From Azolla caroliniana (Eukaryota; Plantae; Polypodiophyta): a stretch of 64,000 nucleotides of DNA. A program made the translations under genes and the position numbers. The stretch lies in assembly GCA_043228905.1 (NCBI GenBank), contig JBHGNT010000006.1:9176001-9240000 (forward strand), given 5' to 3'. A model generated the notes under the pieces. That model was not told where the DNA came from. It did not search any database and was given only the letters and a program-made list of their open reading frames with translations. Positions 29,501 to 42,148 of this stretch are shown here, piece by piece; the first letter of the stretch is position 1; each line of letters starts with the position of its first letter.

Positions 29501-32500
29501 AGATGGCCCGCGCCATGCTGCAGGAGAAGAACATGCCCAAGATCTATTGGGCAGAGGCAGTAGTTACAACTATGTATCTCATCAATAGGTGCACGACCAA
29601 GGGTGTCCATGACATCACCCCTCACGAAGTATTTTGGGACAAAGCCAGACCTTTCGCACTTCAAGGTTTTTGGCAGCATTGCATTTGTGCATGTACTCGA
29701 TGAGAAGCGGAGAAAGCTTGACCCAAAATCGGAGAGGATGATCTTTGTCGGTTACTCACTTGAGCAAAAGGGTTATAGGTGTTTTAACCCTATCACTCGA
29801 AAGTCACGAGTAAGCCGAGATGTGGTATTTGATGAGGTGACATCATGGTATGGCCCAACATCAGTGACCCCCGCCGTGCTCGAAACAAGCTAATCTGGAG
29901 TAGATTCTGAGAGTGAAGAAGAAGAGATGCTGACAACCATTATGGGTGGAGAACCAGTAGAGAGTCTGCCCGCACTCCAGCTGACTGGACCTAAGGTGTC
30001 ATCCAACAATTAGAGTCTTGCATAGCATGAAGAAACCTCTGATGTGGTTTCACCTTGGTGCTACATCCGTAGAAAGAAAAAAAAGGGCAAGATGCCTCAG
30101 CAAGAGGCCAAAGACATGACATCTAGTGAAGACGCAGATCATTCTCCTCAATCGGTCGACAACAAGTATGGAATGAATAAGGCCCCGGAGGTGACCAAAG
30201 GAAAACTTCGTCAATCGAACCGACAAAAGAACTCGATAGTTAGGTTTGGGTACAATGAGTACATGGTTCACCACTATGCATTCATGATGAAGGTCGCAGC
30301 ATACCAAGAACCAGAGACTTACAAAGAAGCTGCCCAAGATCCCTGGTGGATCGAAGCAATGAGGGAGGAGATGCGCGTGTTGATTGACAACGATACTTGG
30401 TATTTAGTCCCATCCTTTGAAATCAAGAAAAAGCCAATTGGTTGCCGCTGGGTGTTCAAGTTAAACCATAATATGGATGGCGCGGTCAATCGGTTCAAGG
30501 CTCGGCTAGTCGTCAAAGGGTATGCTCAAACCCATGGCATAGACTATGAGGAGACATTTGCCCCAGTGGCAAAAATGACCCCTATGAGGACGGTAATTGC
30601 ACTCGCAGCAGTGAAAGGATGGCACTTGCATCAAATGGATGTGAAGAACGCATTCCTCCAAGGTGAGCTCGAGGAGGAAGTTTACATGATGCAACCACCT
30701 CGCTTCGAATCAAACAAACATCCACATGCAGTTTGTCGATTGAAGAAGCCGCTCTATGGACTGAAGCAAGCCCCAAGAGCATGGCATTCAAAGATCACAT
30801 CATATCTTCACGACATTGGCTTCCGGATGTCAAAATCTGATAACTCGTTGTATGTTCAAGACAATCCTAAAATCCCCATCTTCTTAATCTTGTATGTCGA
30901 TGACCTTGTCATCGGTGGAGAAAGCCTCACCAAGACACAAAAGATTAAAAAGCTGCTTTTGCAGAAGTTCGAGATGAAGGATCTAAATGATTTACATTAT
31001 TTTCTCGGCATCGAGGTCAATCAAACTCCAGAAGGGTTCCTACTCTCACAACGACACTATGTATGTGTTGAACTTGCTCTACAAGTTCGGAATGACCGAG
31101 TGTAAGTCCATCTCGACGCCCCTTGATCGAAATATGAAGCTAACAACAAATTCTGGAAAATTCTATGAGCCGACCAGTATCGCCAAATAGTTGGGAGTCT
31201 TATCTACTTAACTATCACCCAACCAGACCTCAGCTATCCGGTCGGAGTTCTTAGCCAGTTCATGGAAACCCCCCGCGACACTCACATGGATTGTGCTAAG
31301 CGAATGTTACGTTATATTAGTGGAACACTTGATTATGGTATATTCTATAAACATGGAGCACCACTTCGACTCGAAGGCTTCACAGATGCTGATTGGGCGG
31401 GCAATGCATCTAATAGGCGATCCACTTCAGGATTTATGTTTTCACTCGGTAGTGGAGCAATCTCTTAGAGTAGCAAGAAACAACCAACAGTCGCTCTATC
31501 GAGCACTGAGGCGGAGTATAGGGTTGTAGTTGTAGCTACTTGCGAAGCTGTATGGCTCAAAAGACTTCAACGAATTGGTGAACAAGCCAATACTGATCCA
31601 CTACGATAATCTCAGCAGCATCCAGCTTGCAAAGAATCCGGTGTTTCAAGCCCGGACCAAGCACATATAGGTGCACTATCATTACATCCGTGAACGCATA
31701 TTGGCCGGCGACATTGACCTCCAATACGTTGGCACCAACATGCAAGTGGCTGATATTTTCACTAAGGAGCTAGGTCTCGACAAGGCACAACAATTCTCGG
31801 TGGATCTAGGCCTTAGACCACTCGATATGATGAGCTTAGGGGAGAGTACAAGTACAAAGACGAAGGAAAACATGGAGGATCAACACCATACAAGAGCAAG
31901 ACTGAGACCGTCTTTGGCAACGTAAGACCAACACATCTAACCAGACTTGACCCAACAAGTTAGAGGAAGACTTTCCAAAGCCCGGAATTTTTTAAGTTGG
32001 AGATAAATCTGATCTTGTAGGCACCCTTGACAAGCGCGAAATTTTGGATCGGCAAGATCGACATTGCTAGATCAAGATCGAGTACATAGGAACAATGGGA
32101 AAACCACGGTCTAGTAGTCCGACCAATTGCAATCAGGTCTTCAACTACACCAAGACAACCCAGATTAAGAGGACACACAATTGACCTTGAGGGGGCGTGT
32201 TGAGAATCAAGCTCAACTTGTGTGAACATGTGCTTATGAAGAAAAGGATGATGTGTGAAAAAGTGTGTGAGCACACTTTATTGTAATCCGTGTAGTTGTC
32301 GAGTGTGTGTGAGCACACTTTATTGTAGTCCGTGTAGTTGTCGAGTGTTAGTGTGGTCAAAGAATACTAGATATTCTTATGACAAAATCGTACTCAAGTA
32401 GATATCTTGGTTAGATTCCACCAACACAATTAATAGGGCAGTCCCTTGAGGACTTGTATATAAAACCCCCTTTGCCCATTCTATTTGATTTGATGATCTT

Positions 32501-32718
32501 TAGATAATTTATATAGCTCTCTTAAGTGCATAAGATGTCATCCCCGTATTGTGTGTTTTCTTAATTTTTTGGTTATTCTCTGTAATTCCTTCTCTTGCTT
32601 ATACATTCACTCTCTCTCTCTCTCTCTCTCTCTCACACTACGCATCTGAATACTAAACTCTACTAGAGTTAGATTCTTTACACTAATTAACCCTTAGTTA
32701 ATTATCTAATTATTAACA
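26533..32718 (+). mobile_element. Solo LTR (~0.49 kb net) interrupted near its 3' end by the copia element
   Basis: Starts TGTTGACATATCAAGCTT (similar to the copia LTR starts), ends TATTAACA at 32718; perfect 5-bp TSD GAAAT at 26528-26532 and 32719-32723. Confidence 0.75.
26986..32682 (+). mobile_element. Full-length but degenerate Ty1/copia LTR retrotransposon (copia-1)
   Basis: LTRs 26986-27421 and 32198-32682 (TG...CA); TSD CTAAT; mutated tRNA-iMet PBS TAGTATCAGAG; PPT GAGGGGGCG; GAG-PR(DSGAS)-INT-RT(YVDD)-RH(TDADWAG) order; many stops and frameshifts; ~40-bp tandem duplication in the 3' LTR only. Confidence 0.95.
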
Positions 32719-35700
32719 GAAATATTATCAACACCAAGGGTCTAGGAAAGAACGAGAAGGTCATCCAGTTGGGATCAATAGATGAAGGTGCAAGTTGGTC
32801 CCTGATTAGATCTGTGGCACGAGGCGGTAAGAAATGGAAGGTGAATCCACTAGTCGATGAGTTTGAGGAGGACTGGATCTTATACGTGGTTGGAGGCAAG
32901 CCGTTCAAGTGTTTACATGGAATGCTGCAGAATATAAGTGGAGGGGAGAACAAGATAAATTAATAGGTTTCTTCGAGTACTCGACACGCTTAGGGAGAAA
33001 GTTATGCTTGCAACATGAGAAGTGTGCCAACAAATGGGCCCATGTGTCATGACACAATGACACGACACCATGTAGCTATGAATTCGGTCTTCGTGGATAG
33101 AACTAGGAGCAGAATATGGAACTCATCCCTCCTCAAAAGGGTCAAAGTGTTTTTCTAGTTAATCACCCATCGGGTTGTTCCAACCGGAGAGTGGCTTGTG
33201 AAATGGGGTGGCATGAGCAATTGCAAGGCATGCGGAGCGAGTTTGGAGGATAACGCACGTTGTTTGTGGAGCTGCCCGCGTGCCCAAGAAGTTTGGATGA
33301 GGAGCTTAAGAATCTTGGCTTGGTGCGGGGTTAATGTTCATGTATCGAACGCAACAACTATTTGGTTGGCTACTAAATCGGTTGCATGGTTTCATGCATG
33401 GAATGGAAATAGTCCTTCTTTAAATGTGGTGCAAGGAACTCTACAACCTTCAACACAAGGGGGTTTGTTCTACATACAGGAACGATACGTGGACAATTTG
33501 GCTACTAGTGGTCAGCCTTACAGTTTGGCAGGTGTGGGTATCAAGATGCAAGGTGTCTTTCACGGGTAAGCGAACCCCACCGACCGAGAGTTTAATGATG
33601 ATATGGTTTTATCTTATTTCTATGTTACAAGGAGAGTTTGAAAGCATTCATGGGACCTCAGATGCGACTGAATAAGCTAGAGGTCGTTTCCTTCTGAAAT
33701 GAAGAGGTTCTCTAATGCTACAGATGGTGGATGGCAATGCAAAGTGGAGTTATCAGCCACCACGGTTGTTGTTCCCTCTGAAGGTAACAAACATCGCAAG
33801 CTCACATTGAGGGTATGCGGTTGAGTATATTGCGCTCATCGGATGCATGTTGTTATAATCTAGATCGTCCAAGGGAAGGTTGCTCATCCTCCTCTATTCG
33901 TCCTTCTTGATGCAGTGATTATTAGCTTTTTTTTGGTTGATTCCTTTGTACATGCAAACTTTGTAAGATATGAGTTGGTGTATATTATCCAATGTACATC
34001 GACTTAACTAATGGAAGTAGTAAATTTTGGGAAAAAATATCACTAAAGGCATATGAAAGATGAATACCTATATTTACACATTCAAATTGGAACCCCAATC
34101 AAACATGGGGATTGCCCTAGTTCTCTTCCATGGAGGGGATAAATGTCAAACTACAATGTTATTATTGAAAGCATTAACTACAATGACGACCACTTCAATG
34201 AGAGAAATATCATTTTAGCATTATTTTCGTCTAATATTGATAACTTTCTCTAGTAAATTATCCATTACCTTTGTGTGAATATTTATTTGCCCCTTATTAT
34301 TCCAATTGTATTAAAACCATAACTTCGACTTGTTGTTTGCTAATCTCCTTAGTTACAAAAATCCTAAACAAAAAAGGATGCGATGACATTTTGAATTATT
34401 GGTTAGCCACACTATCTTTGACATACTAAGATAATAAATTTGGTAGAAAACAAATGGTATTGTTAGGTAAACACACACTAATTTTCTTTGCACAATTATT
34501 CTTAATCATAACTTCCGTCTTATTCATACTAATATCATTGAAAATGCACATTAATTATAAGCATGGAATGTGGTATAAAATATACGAATAAAGGAAAACA
34601 CTCCTTTCTATTTGTGAGTGTTTTTGTGGCTTGATAAAGATTTCAAAATCCTTTTATCACGAACCCTATCATGAAATATAGATAGAATACCTGACTGAGA
34701 CCACATATAAATGCATACACATTAGTGCATCACTTAATCATATACATACATATATAAACTCCCATTGACAATAAAACATATTCTAGAATATGATATTATT
34801 TTATATCATCAAAATACAATGTTTAACCTTTACATGCTTTAAATTAAGATGGAATGCAAATCAATGAAATCTGAAATCAATATTCAATGCAACATCCTTG
34901 TTTATTTCGTGTGAGGCAAATAGGCATGCACATGTGAATATTCATTCTTGACAAGCGCTACACGTGTTTTAATGTGTCCAATATCTGAATACGCCACAAT
35001 TGGACAAGGGAATACTATGTACTACATCAAGGATGACGATTGATGTATTGGTTCATAGCGTGTTTTTAACAGTATAGTTTGCTTCTTTTTTATTTCGTCA
35101 TTGCTAATTATTAAATTATACTTCTTTTAGCATTTGATAAGACTACTAAGTGAAGTACATGCAACCCCTTTGTTGACTCGGACAATCTACATAATGTACA
35201 TGCTCAACCTTATCAGCCCCATTTTTCAATGGCAAAGGGAAAGGAAAGGAGAATTTTTGTTAAAAATGATAAACCACAAAATACACTTTTACATATACGC
35301 AATGAAGAAATGCACACACTTAATTACTTTGATGGTTCCCTAGGTTATATTTGTAAACTGAGGTTTGTGCACATTTGTTTCTAAAAAAACTTTAATCACT
35401 GAATCATCCCAAATGCATACCTTATAGAATAGTCCATCTTCATAATACTTATACCTACTTTTATGGATTGGTTTTGTTTTTTTACAGTAAATGATTTTTG
35501 AGGTGCAAAATGATGCAATAATTGAGAGGGCTTAAGATCATATAACCACCGACAAAGGACCATTGTGATGTAATGTCATATTACTTGATATTTGGATTAA
35601 AACGTGCACATCTAAAATATGATTGTGATATTTGAAACAAGTTGTCACAATATTATCAAATTTCATTGTCGCACCTTAGCAACAGGTTAGCCCAATAACA

Positions 35701-37961
35701 AGCTTCATGGCAAATTTAATTTGTTAAGAATAACTTTGCACCAAAATATGTACATAGTTGTAACACTTGTGCCACCCTCATTGACGTTATGTGTTTTTGC
35801 ATATATCAAAATAAGTGAACTACATTCATTGGTCTACATTATAGTATTATATTGTATGCCTACGTGTGCAATTTGTATTGCCATATTATTATCTCTCGAG
35901 TGCATATACACGTCTTAACGCATAATACTCGTTAAATGGAACAACATAATATCTAGTTGGTTGGACATCCATGTTGAATTAATAATATCTAGTTGCATAC
36001 TTATGTGGACATGCACTCATTAGGACCCAAACCATGATACTACCATAACTTTTCAAAGTAGCTTAAATCATTTGCTTCTTATACACTACTTGCTATTCAT
36101 AATGATACATCTAGTGATGTGAAATGATCATAATATATCTTCTTAGTGTGGTTGTTCAAAAGTTATATACACTTTTACGTCAAAAAACCCTAAGTATTGG
36201 AATAAGAAGTCGGAAGACCAAGGAAAACATGTTTTTTATAATATTCCTTTATCACACTCCATGATAAGCTTACGTAGTGTCAACCATAGCAACTACTTAA
36301 GTCACTACACACCAAAGGACATATATTATTCAAAATAGAAGTTTATATTGAGATATTACTTTTGGTTTCATACATACCTTTATGATTAGAAGTGGAGTGA
36401 AAAAGAAAAACACAATGCATTGACCAAATGTTGAAGCAATTTGCGTGTGCACATGGGTTTGATGACATAAGTATGTTCTGAGTGGAATGAGTCAACAACT
36501 GATACCCACACATTGGAAACCAAGCTAGACAGAGCAATTGACTTTGTAATAACAATAAAAAAGCTCACATAAATGACATATGAGTTTCATTTGAATTCGG
36601 AACTAATAAAAGTGAAAAAGAATAGTCAAGTATTCTAAGAGAACTCAATGATATGAATTTCTCTCTATAGATGGTGAATGTAAGGTTTGGACTTTCATCA
36701 TACAAAATAAACATTAAGCACATGGTTGCCGCTTTCAAGATGGGTAAACAAGCATGTACATTTTGGAGATGTTCAACCGTCACTATCATGGACCATGGTA
36801 GATGAATCCAATATGTAAAGACTTAGGAGTCTTAAAAATAGCTGAATCAACTCATATTCGCTTTGAAGTTTGAAACAACGAGAAATATAATATCAAGAGA
36901 AGAAAATTTCATTTGAAACTTCACTTTATACATGGTCCACATTTGGGTCTTATAGACCCCTACTCTTTCCTAGATATAGTGCCAACAACATGGAGGTGCA
37001 ACATAACTTTAAGGCATAAAAGGCATGTAGTGTGGACCGATGTCAAGAAAACAACAAAAAAGAGTGAGCGCGAGACGGTGTTCCATATATTATTTGTTTT
37101 CACAATGTGTGACTATCATGAGCATCCTCCACCGTTTTCCATGTCATGCATTCTAATTCAACGGGCCATTGAAGTGGATATGTTTTCCTAGTTGAGAAGT
37201 GTGCAAGTGTGGTGCATTGCCACTAGCGCCAATACATGACATATTATTCATTTATTGACATAATCTCTCGTTCACGCTAAAAGAAAAAGAAAAAACACCA
37301 CCCTCCGCATTCGGAGTTAACTTCTTTGCACGTGCAAGATCTAAAGTTTGCCACAAAATTCTAAAAAATCATAAGAAAAATAAAGAAGATAGAAACGAAG
37401 TGGTATAATGAATAATAATTATATCGATATTTTTAACGTTGGTCCCATGATTGAGGGTCAATGTAAATTAGCATTGCAACTAATTGACCATGATTGAGGG
37501 TCAATGCAAATTAGCATAGCAACTACAATTAGCATCGTGCTTAATGCTAATTACAGCAGTAATCAGGCGGGCGGGCGGGCAGACGGGGGCGGACCGGAAC
37601 GTCCATAATGGTAAGGGTTCAGGGATTGCGTTTCATTCTCTCCGTTTATGAGGTCCACGAGGGATTGCGTTTTGCTTTTTTTATATTTATTTTTCCTCCT
37701 TTTTGCCTGCCTTTGTCTGCGTTTTTCTGTGTAACCGCGTGCATCTATGTATGTACATATGTATTTGTGTGCTGTGTGTAATAAATTAATATTGTATACA
37801 TATATATACATACATACGTATGTATTATGTATTTATGTATATATAGTCTTTTCTGTCTGCACTCTGACCCCAACCCCGCCAAAGCTTTCTTGAGACTCTC
37901 TATCTCTGTCTCTCTGTCTCTCTGTCTTCTCCTCTTACTTCTTCACATAAAGCAACTCCCA

Positions 37962-37997
37962 CCCTAACCCTAACCCTAACCCTAACCCTAACCCTAA
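37962..37997. repeat. (CCCTAA)6 telomere-like / telo-box array upstream of CAF1
   Basis: Six perfect CCCTAA hexamers; a further CCCTAACCCTAAA near 38245. Confidence 0.85.
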
Positions 37998-38311
37998 TTC
38001 TCACACAGCCGCCCCCCACGCCCCACGCCACCCCCTAATTCGCATCCAGGACACCCTACATCCCCATCTTGTTTTCCCTTGCCTCTTTCTGCTGTAGAGA
38101 AACTCTGCTCCTCCTGCCCCTGCAGCAGCGGAACCCCTGTTTCTCCGTCCCTGCAGCACAGGAAACCCTTGCACTACACCTAATTCCGCTACCTAAGAAC
38201 TTCTAGCCCTTGCGCTGCTTCTCATCTTGACTCTGGAGAGAAAGCCCTAACCCTAAATTCCGACAGGCCAAGAAGAAAATTCGACCCGTAGCCCCATCAC
38301 CACGGTTCACT

Positions 38312-39301
38312 ATGTCAATTCCCGATGGCGCGCCTTTCTGCATCAGGGAAGTGTGGAGTTTCAACCTTCACTCAGAGTTCGAGCTCATAAGGAGTGTTCT
38401 AGCCTTCTATCCTTATGTCTCCATAGACACAGAGTTTCCAGGTGTAGTTCTGAAGCCTAATAATTCTTCACCTTCATCGTTCACGGATGAGATCCACAAC
38501 AGTAAGCAAAAAACACAGCAGAATCATCACCAGTACAACAGCAACATCAAGAAGAACAACAATTACCACAACATTTCATCTTCCTACAGCAACAATTATG
38601 GTACAGCTTCTTTTTTCAACAACAACAACAATAATAATAACAGGGATTATGACGCGACATATAGAACTATGAAGGTGAATGTGGACAAGATGAAGCTAAT
38701 CCAGGTAGGGTTGACATTCATGGATGAGGATGGGATCCTCCCAATGCTCAGTGATGGGACCTACTGTGCATGGCAATTCAATTTCCGAGGTTTCGATCCC
38801 GACGAAGACATATACCATCCATCCTCCATAGCTCTCCTCAAGAGGTGCGGCATCGATTTCAACAAGAACCAGCTCTTTGGTGTGGATTCGGCCCAATTCC
38901 GCGAGCTCCTCCTGTCGTGCGGCCTCCTATTCAACCACAATGTCCGCTACATTTGCTTCCACGGAGCCTACGATTTCGCATACCTCCTCAAGCTCATCAC
39001 TAGGGAGAGCTTGCCCCCTGATGAGGAGGGCTTCCTTGGCCTCCTCAAGTACTATTTCGGTACCTTCTACGACCTCAAATACATGCAAATCCATCTCAAC
39101 ATGCATGGTGGCCTCGAGAAGCTCGCCCGAACCCTCGGGATCAAGAGGATCGGCCCTTCCCATCAAGCCGGCTCCGATAGCCTCCTCACCTCATCCTCAT
39201 TCCAAAGGATGAAGGATTTGTATTTCCTAGACCATTGTAAAGACTACTCTGGTGTCTTGTTCGGCCTTGCTCTCCCCAAGGCTACTAAAGTAGTATATTG
39301 A
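38312..39301 (+). CDS. CAF1: CCR4-associated factor 1 (CAF1/POP2) DEDDh deadenylase, intronless
   Basis: 329 aa with IREVW, SIDTEFPG, NVDKMKLIQVGLT, WQFNF, FHGAYDFAY and HQAGSDSLLT; the catalytic DEDDh residues are present. Confidence 0.95.
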   Translation: MSIPDGAPFCIREVWSFNLHSEFELIRSVLAFYPYVSIDTEFPGVVLKPNNSSPSSFTDEIHNSKQKTQQNHHQYNSNIKKNNNYHNISSSYSNNYGTASFFNNNNNNNNRDYDATYRTMKVNVDKMKLIQVGLTFMDEDGILPMLSDGTYCAWQFNFRGFDPDEDIYHPSSIALLKRCGIDFNKNQLFGVDSAQFRELLLSCGLLFNHNVRYICFHGAYDFAYLLKLITRESLPPDEEGFLGLLKYYFGTFYDLKYMQIHLNMHGGLEKLARTLGIKRIGPSHQAGSDSLLTSSSFQRMKDLYFLDHCKDYSGVLFGLALPKATKVVY

Positions 39302-40403
39302 ATCAAGAAAAGAAAAAAAGCAAAATTTCTAGTAAATCTCTCTATACATACATTGTCTGAGTAACATTTGGTTTATGTTTTGTTACATTAACTTCTATAG
39401 TCTTTAAATTTGAGGGTTACAGACATACAATATATATACATATGTGAAAATTTAATGCAATGATGGAAACTGAAATTCACCCTCCTTTCACCCCCAACTG
39501 AATAACCCACACACACCAGTCTTTTTACCAAGAGAAGGGAAAGCCAACAAACTGAAAGATAGATGGCTTTAATTTCCTTTGTTGCATCAAGTTTTCACAT
39601 GTGAAATATGCATTCAATTGAACCATCCACACAAATCTTTCATGTAGAAAAGGAAAGCCAACAAACGCCAACAAATTGAAAGATAGGCCGGGCCGGTTTT
39701 CATCCCTTCTCTAAAAATCTGGTTCATAAATTGTCTACCTGGGCTCATCTGGTTTGTGGCCTGACTCCTTTACCCAAGGATATACCAAAAAGTATGGATA
39801 TTTGACCTTTAATACCCTAAAATTCATGAGATATGATAATAGCTTTCAATGGCCAAATGGACATATAGAATATACGCCTTGACTAGCTTTCCAAAGCAAG
39901 TGGTATTCTTGTTAAATATAACATGGGCTTTTGATGGCATGTTGGTGATACAATATGAATATATACACACACATATATTAATTAATATAAATGCTTTGAT
40001 GGCCATGTAAACCTAATGGTGTGTGTTCTTTGATATGTACCCAAAGAGATTTTCATGCCCAAGATGGTCATGTTATGAATATATTTCTGGATAGCCATGT
40101 CTCACATGTTCTTGGAGAGAGGAGACCTCATGAAGTAGTGTATGTGTGTAGTCATTGAAATCAATAGGAATCACCCATCAAGTGCATATCCCCAAGTGTC
40201 CTTTTCGTCCTACCATTGGCGTATGATGTCAACTATCTACTACAATCTTATCCATTGACATTTGTCGTATTTCATGTTACCAATATCATACCATGTTTAT
40301 TCTATTGAACTTCATGCTACATCGATCTATCAAACTAGCTCAATATAAACAAAGACTTAGTGCAAGTTTGAAGATTTCCGAATATCTATGAACAAAAAAC
40401 GAG

Positions 40404-42148
40404 ATGGAGGAACAGGGAAGAGAGAGAACGCAGCAGAGAGCCACCTCAACGACACAACAGGGGAACTCTAAAGAAGCAGCCCCGCCAACAGAATCTGAGG
40501 AGCGGCCTCTACCGATCGTATTCTCGACAGAAGAAGAGGCTGAATTCAAATCAGAGATTCAGCGCCTAACTCAACTCTCGGTGATCTGCAGAGTGGTGGG
40601 AGCTCGGCCGAATAGAGGTGAGTGTAAAGATTTATTACAAGCATCTATGCATGGATTAATTGGTAGAATAATAGATGTCCAATTCATGGGACGGGGATTT
40701 TATCATGTGGAATTGGATACAATCGAATCAGTGGGAATAATGTTGGAGCATAGTCCTCTTGATGTAAGAGGTGCCCGTGCATTTGTGATGCCTTGGAAAC
40801 AAGGTTTTAATCCGGTGGAGGCAATACGGAAAGGAGATCGGATATTTCCGTTAACGATTGTCTTCCCGGGATTACGTAAGGAGTATTTACCGATGCTTGA
40901 AGCAATAGCTTCAAGGATCGGAACTGTAGTGAGGGTCCAAGAAAGTATGGCTATGCGATTAAGTAAAATGTCAGGATTTCCGTCAGTCCGAATCTTGGTA
41001 GAATCACTCGAAAACTTACCGACAAAGGTAAGGCTACCAAATGAAGAAGGGGATTTTATAGAACAAAAGGTGGAGTTTGCCGGGTTCCCTGGACAATGCT
41101 TCTATTGTCGGCAAATGGGACATTTAGCCAAGAATTGCCCAAGGAGAAATATTAAATTGGGGGAAAAAAACGTTGTTGCGAATATTGTAAACAAGAAGGG
41201 CATGAGGCAGATAAATGTCAAGAGAAACTAGCCTCAGATTGTATGGGTGTACGGGCACAAGGGGAAACAAGAGACACTCAATGGATAAATGTAAAGGCTA
41301 AGCATGGATGCAAGACACGTACGGTGCCTATGCAAGAGACGTGTCTCACCCCTAATGCGTATAATGCATTGGACATAGAAATTGATACACAAGAACAACC
41401 AACATCCACTACTGAGATAAGGGGGAAAATTGTTAGTACCATCCAACCAAATGATGGATGTGTCAAGGCAAAAACATTTCGTTCAAAAAGAACAATACAA
41501 TCACAAAAATTGGATAATGCGATCACAATAAGAACATGTGGGATGTTGAAGGAGGATACCGGAAATGGTGGCTTTTCCATACTTGATTATGTAGCCCCCT
41601 TTGGGCATGAGTTCACAAAACATTTGGGTGTTAAAGATGTTCATGAACCCAATGCAATAAGGGTCCATGTTTTATTTAGACAAAAACAAGTGGAAAACTC
41701 ATTGGTTGGTTATTCCTTTCCATTATGTGGTTATGAGAGAAATGACATATGGAATCAACCGAATGTTATGTTGGCCATGAGAGGACAAGTTTTGTATTTT
41801 GCCAAATACGTGCAAAATCCTCAATTGGGGGAAACAATATTGAGGGGGTTAGAGAATGCAAGTTGTTTAGTGGTTCCGTATTTGGATGCAATGAACCGCA
41901 AGCATGTTGTATTGGATGTACCTTCCGATATATTGTTTGATTTTGGATATGTTTATATTCATGAAGATGATGTGCCGGAAAGCCAAGCCAAGGCTCGGGC
42001 CCATCATCATTGGAGATTCATTAAAGAAGGTTGTGACATACTCAAAAGCCAAATGGTGATTATGGGAGATGGGGGTGGCGTAAGCTCCGTGGAACCATCC
42101 TCTAAGACTCGTAGGATCGGGTCCGGTTCGGCCTCTAACAATTGTTGA
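40404..42148 (+). CDS. LINE ORF1 (DUF4283/RRM-like region, two CCHC zinc knuckles, C-terminal extension), split by a -1 frame change near 41170
   Basis: The 0 frame gives CFYCRQMGHLAKNC and stops at 41231. The -1 frame from 41171 reads RCCEYCKQEGHEADKC and runs without a stop into ORF 41243-42148. Confidence 0.8.

Larger units (their letters stand above)
25860..34037 (+). mobile_element. 5'-truncated, degenerate L1-type LINE relic (related to the 40380-46640 element), split by a solo LTR and a copia
   Basis: Fragments WLHQPLSWNEALKSTKGKML...SWARL (25992-26360), KKWKVNPLVDEFEEDW..YVVGGKP (32769-) and CKACGASLEDNARCLWSCPRAQEVW (33198-) are colinear with the C-terminal part of the intact ORF2; A-rich end near 34032-34037. 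Left boundary approximate. Confidence 0.75.

Noticed and set aside
26355-32733. A further small LTR-like element (TATTGA...TCAACA) around the solo LTR
   Set aside because: Candidate TSDs CCGGT/CCAAG do not match well enough.
34040-37300. Possible decayed DNA-transposon coding remnants (similarly 48900-49950)
   Set aside because: No recognisable motif, TIR or TSD could be established by eye.
41243-42148. A separate third LINE ORF
   Set aside because: The frame is open upstream of its ATG and encodes a second CCHC knuckle there, so it is the continuation of ORF1.
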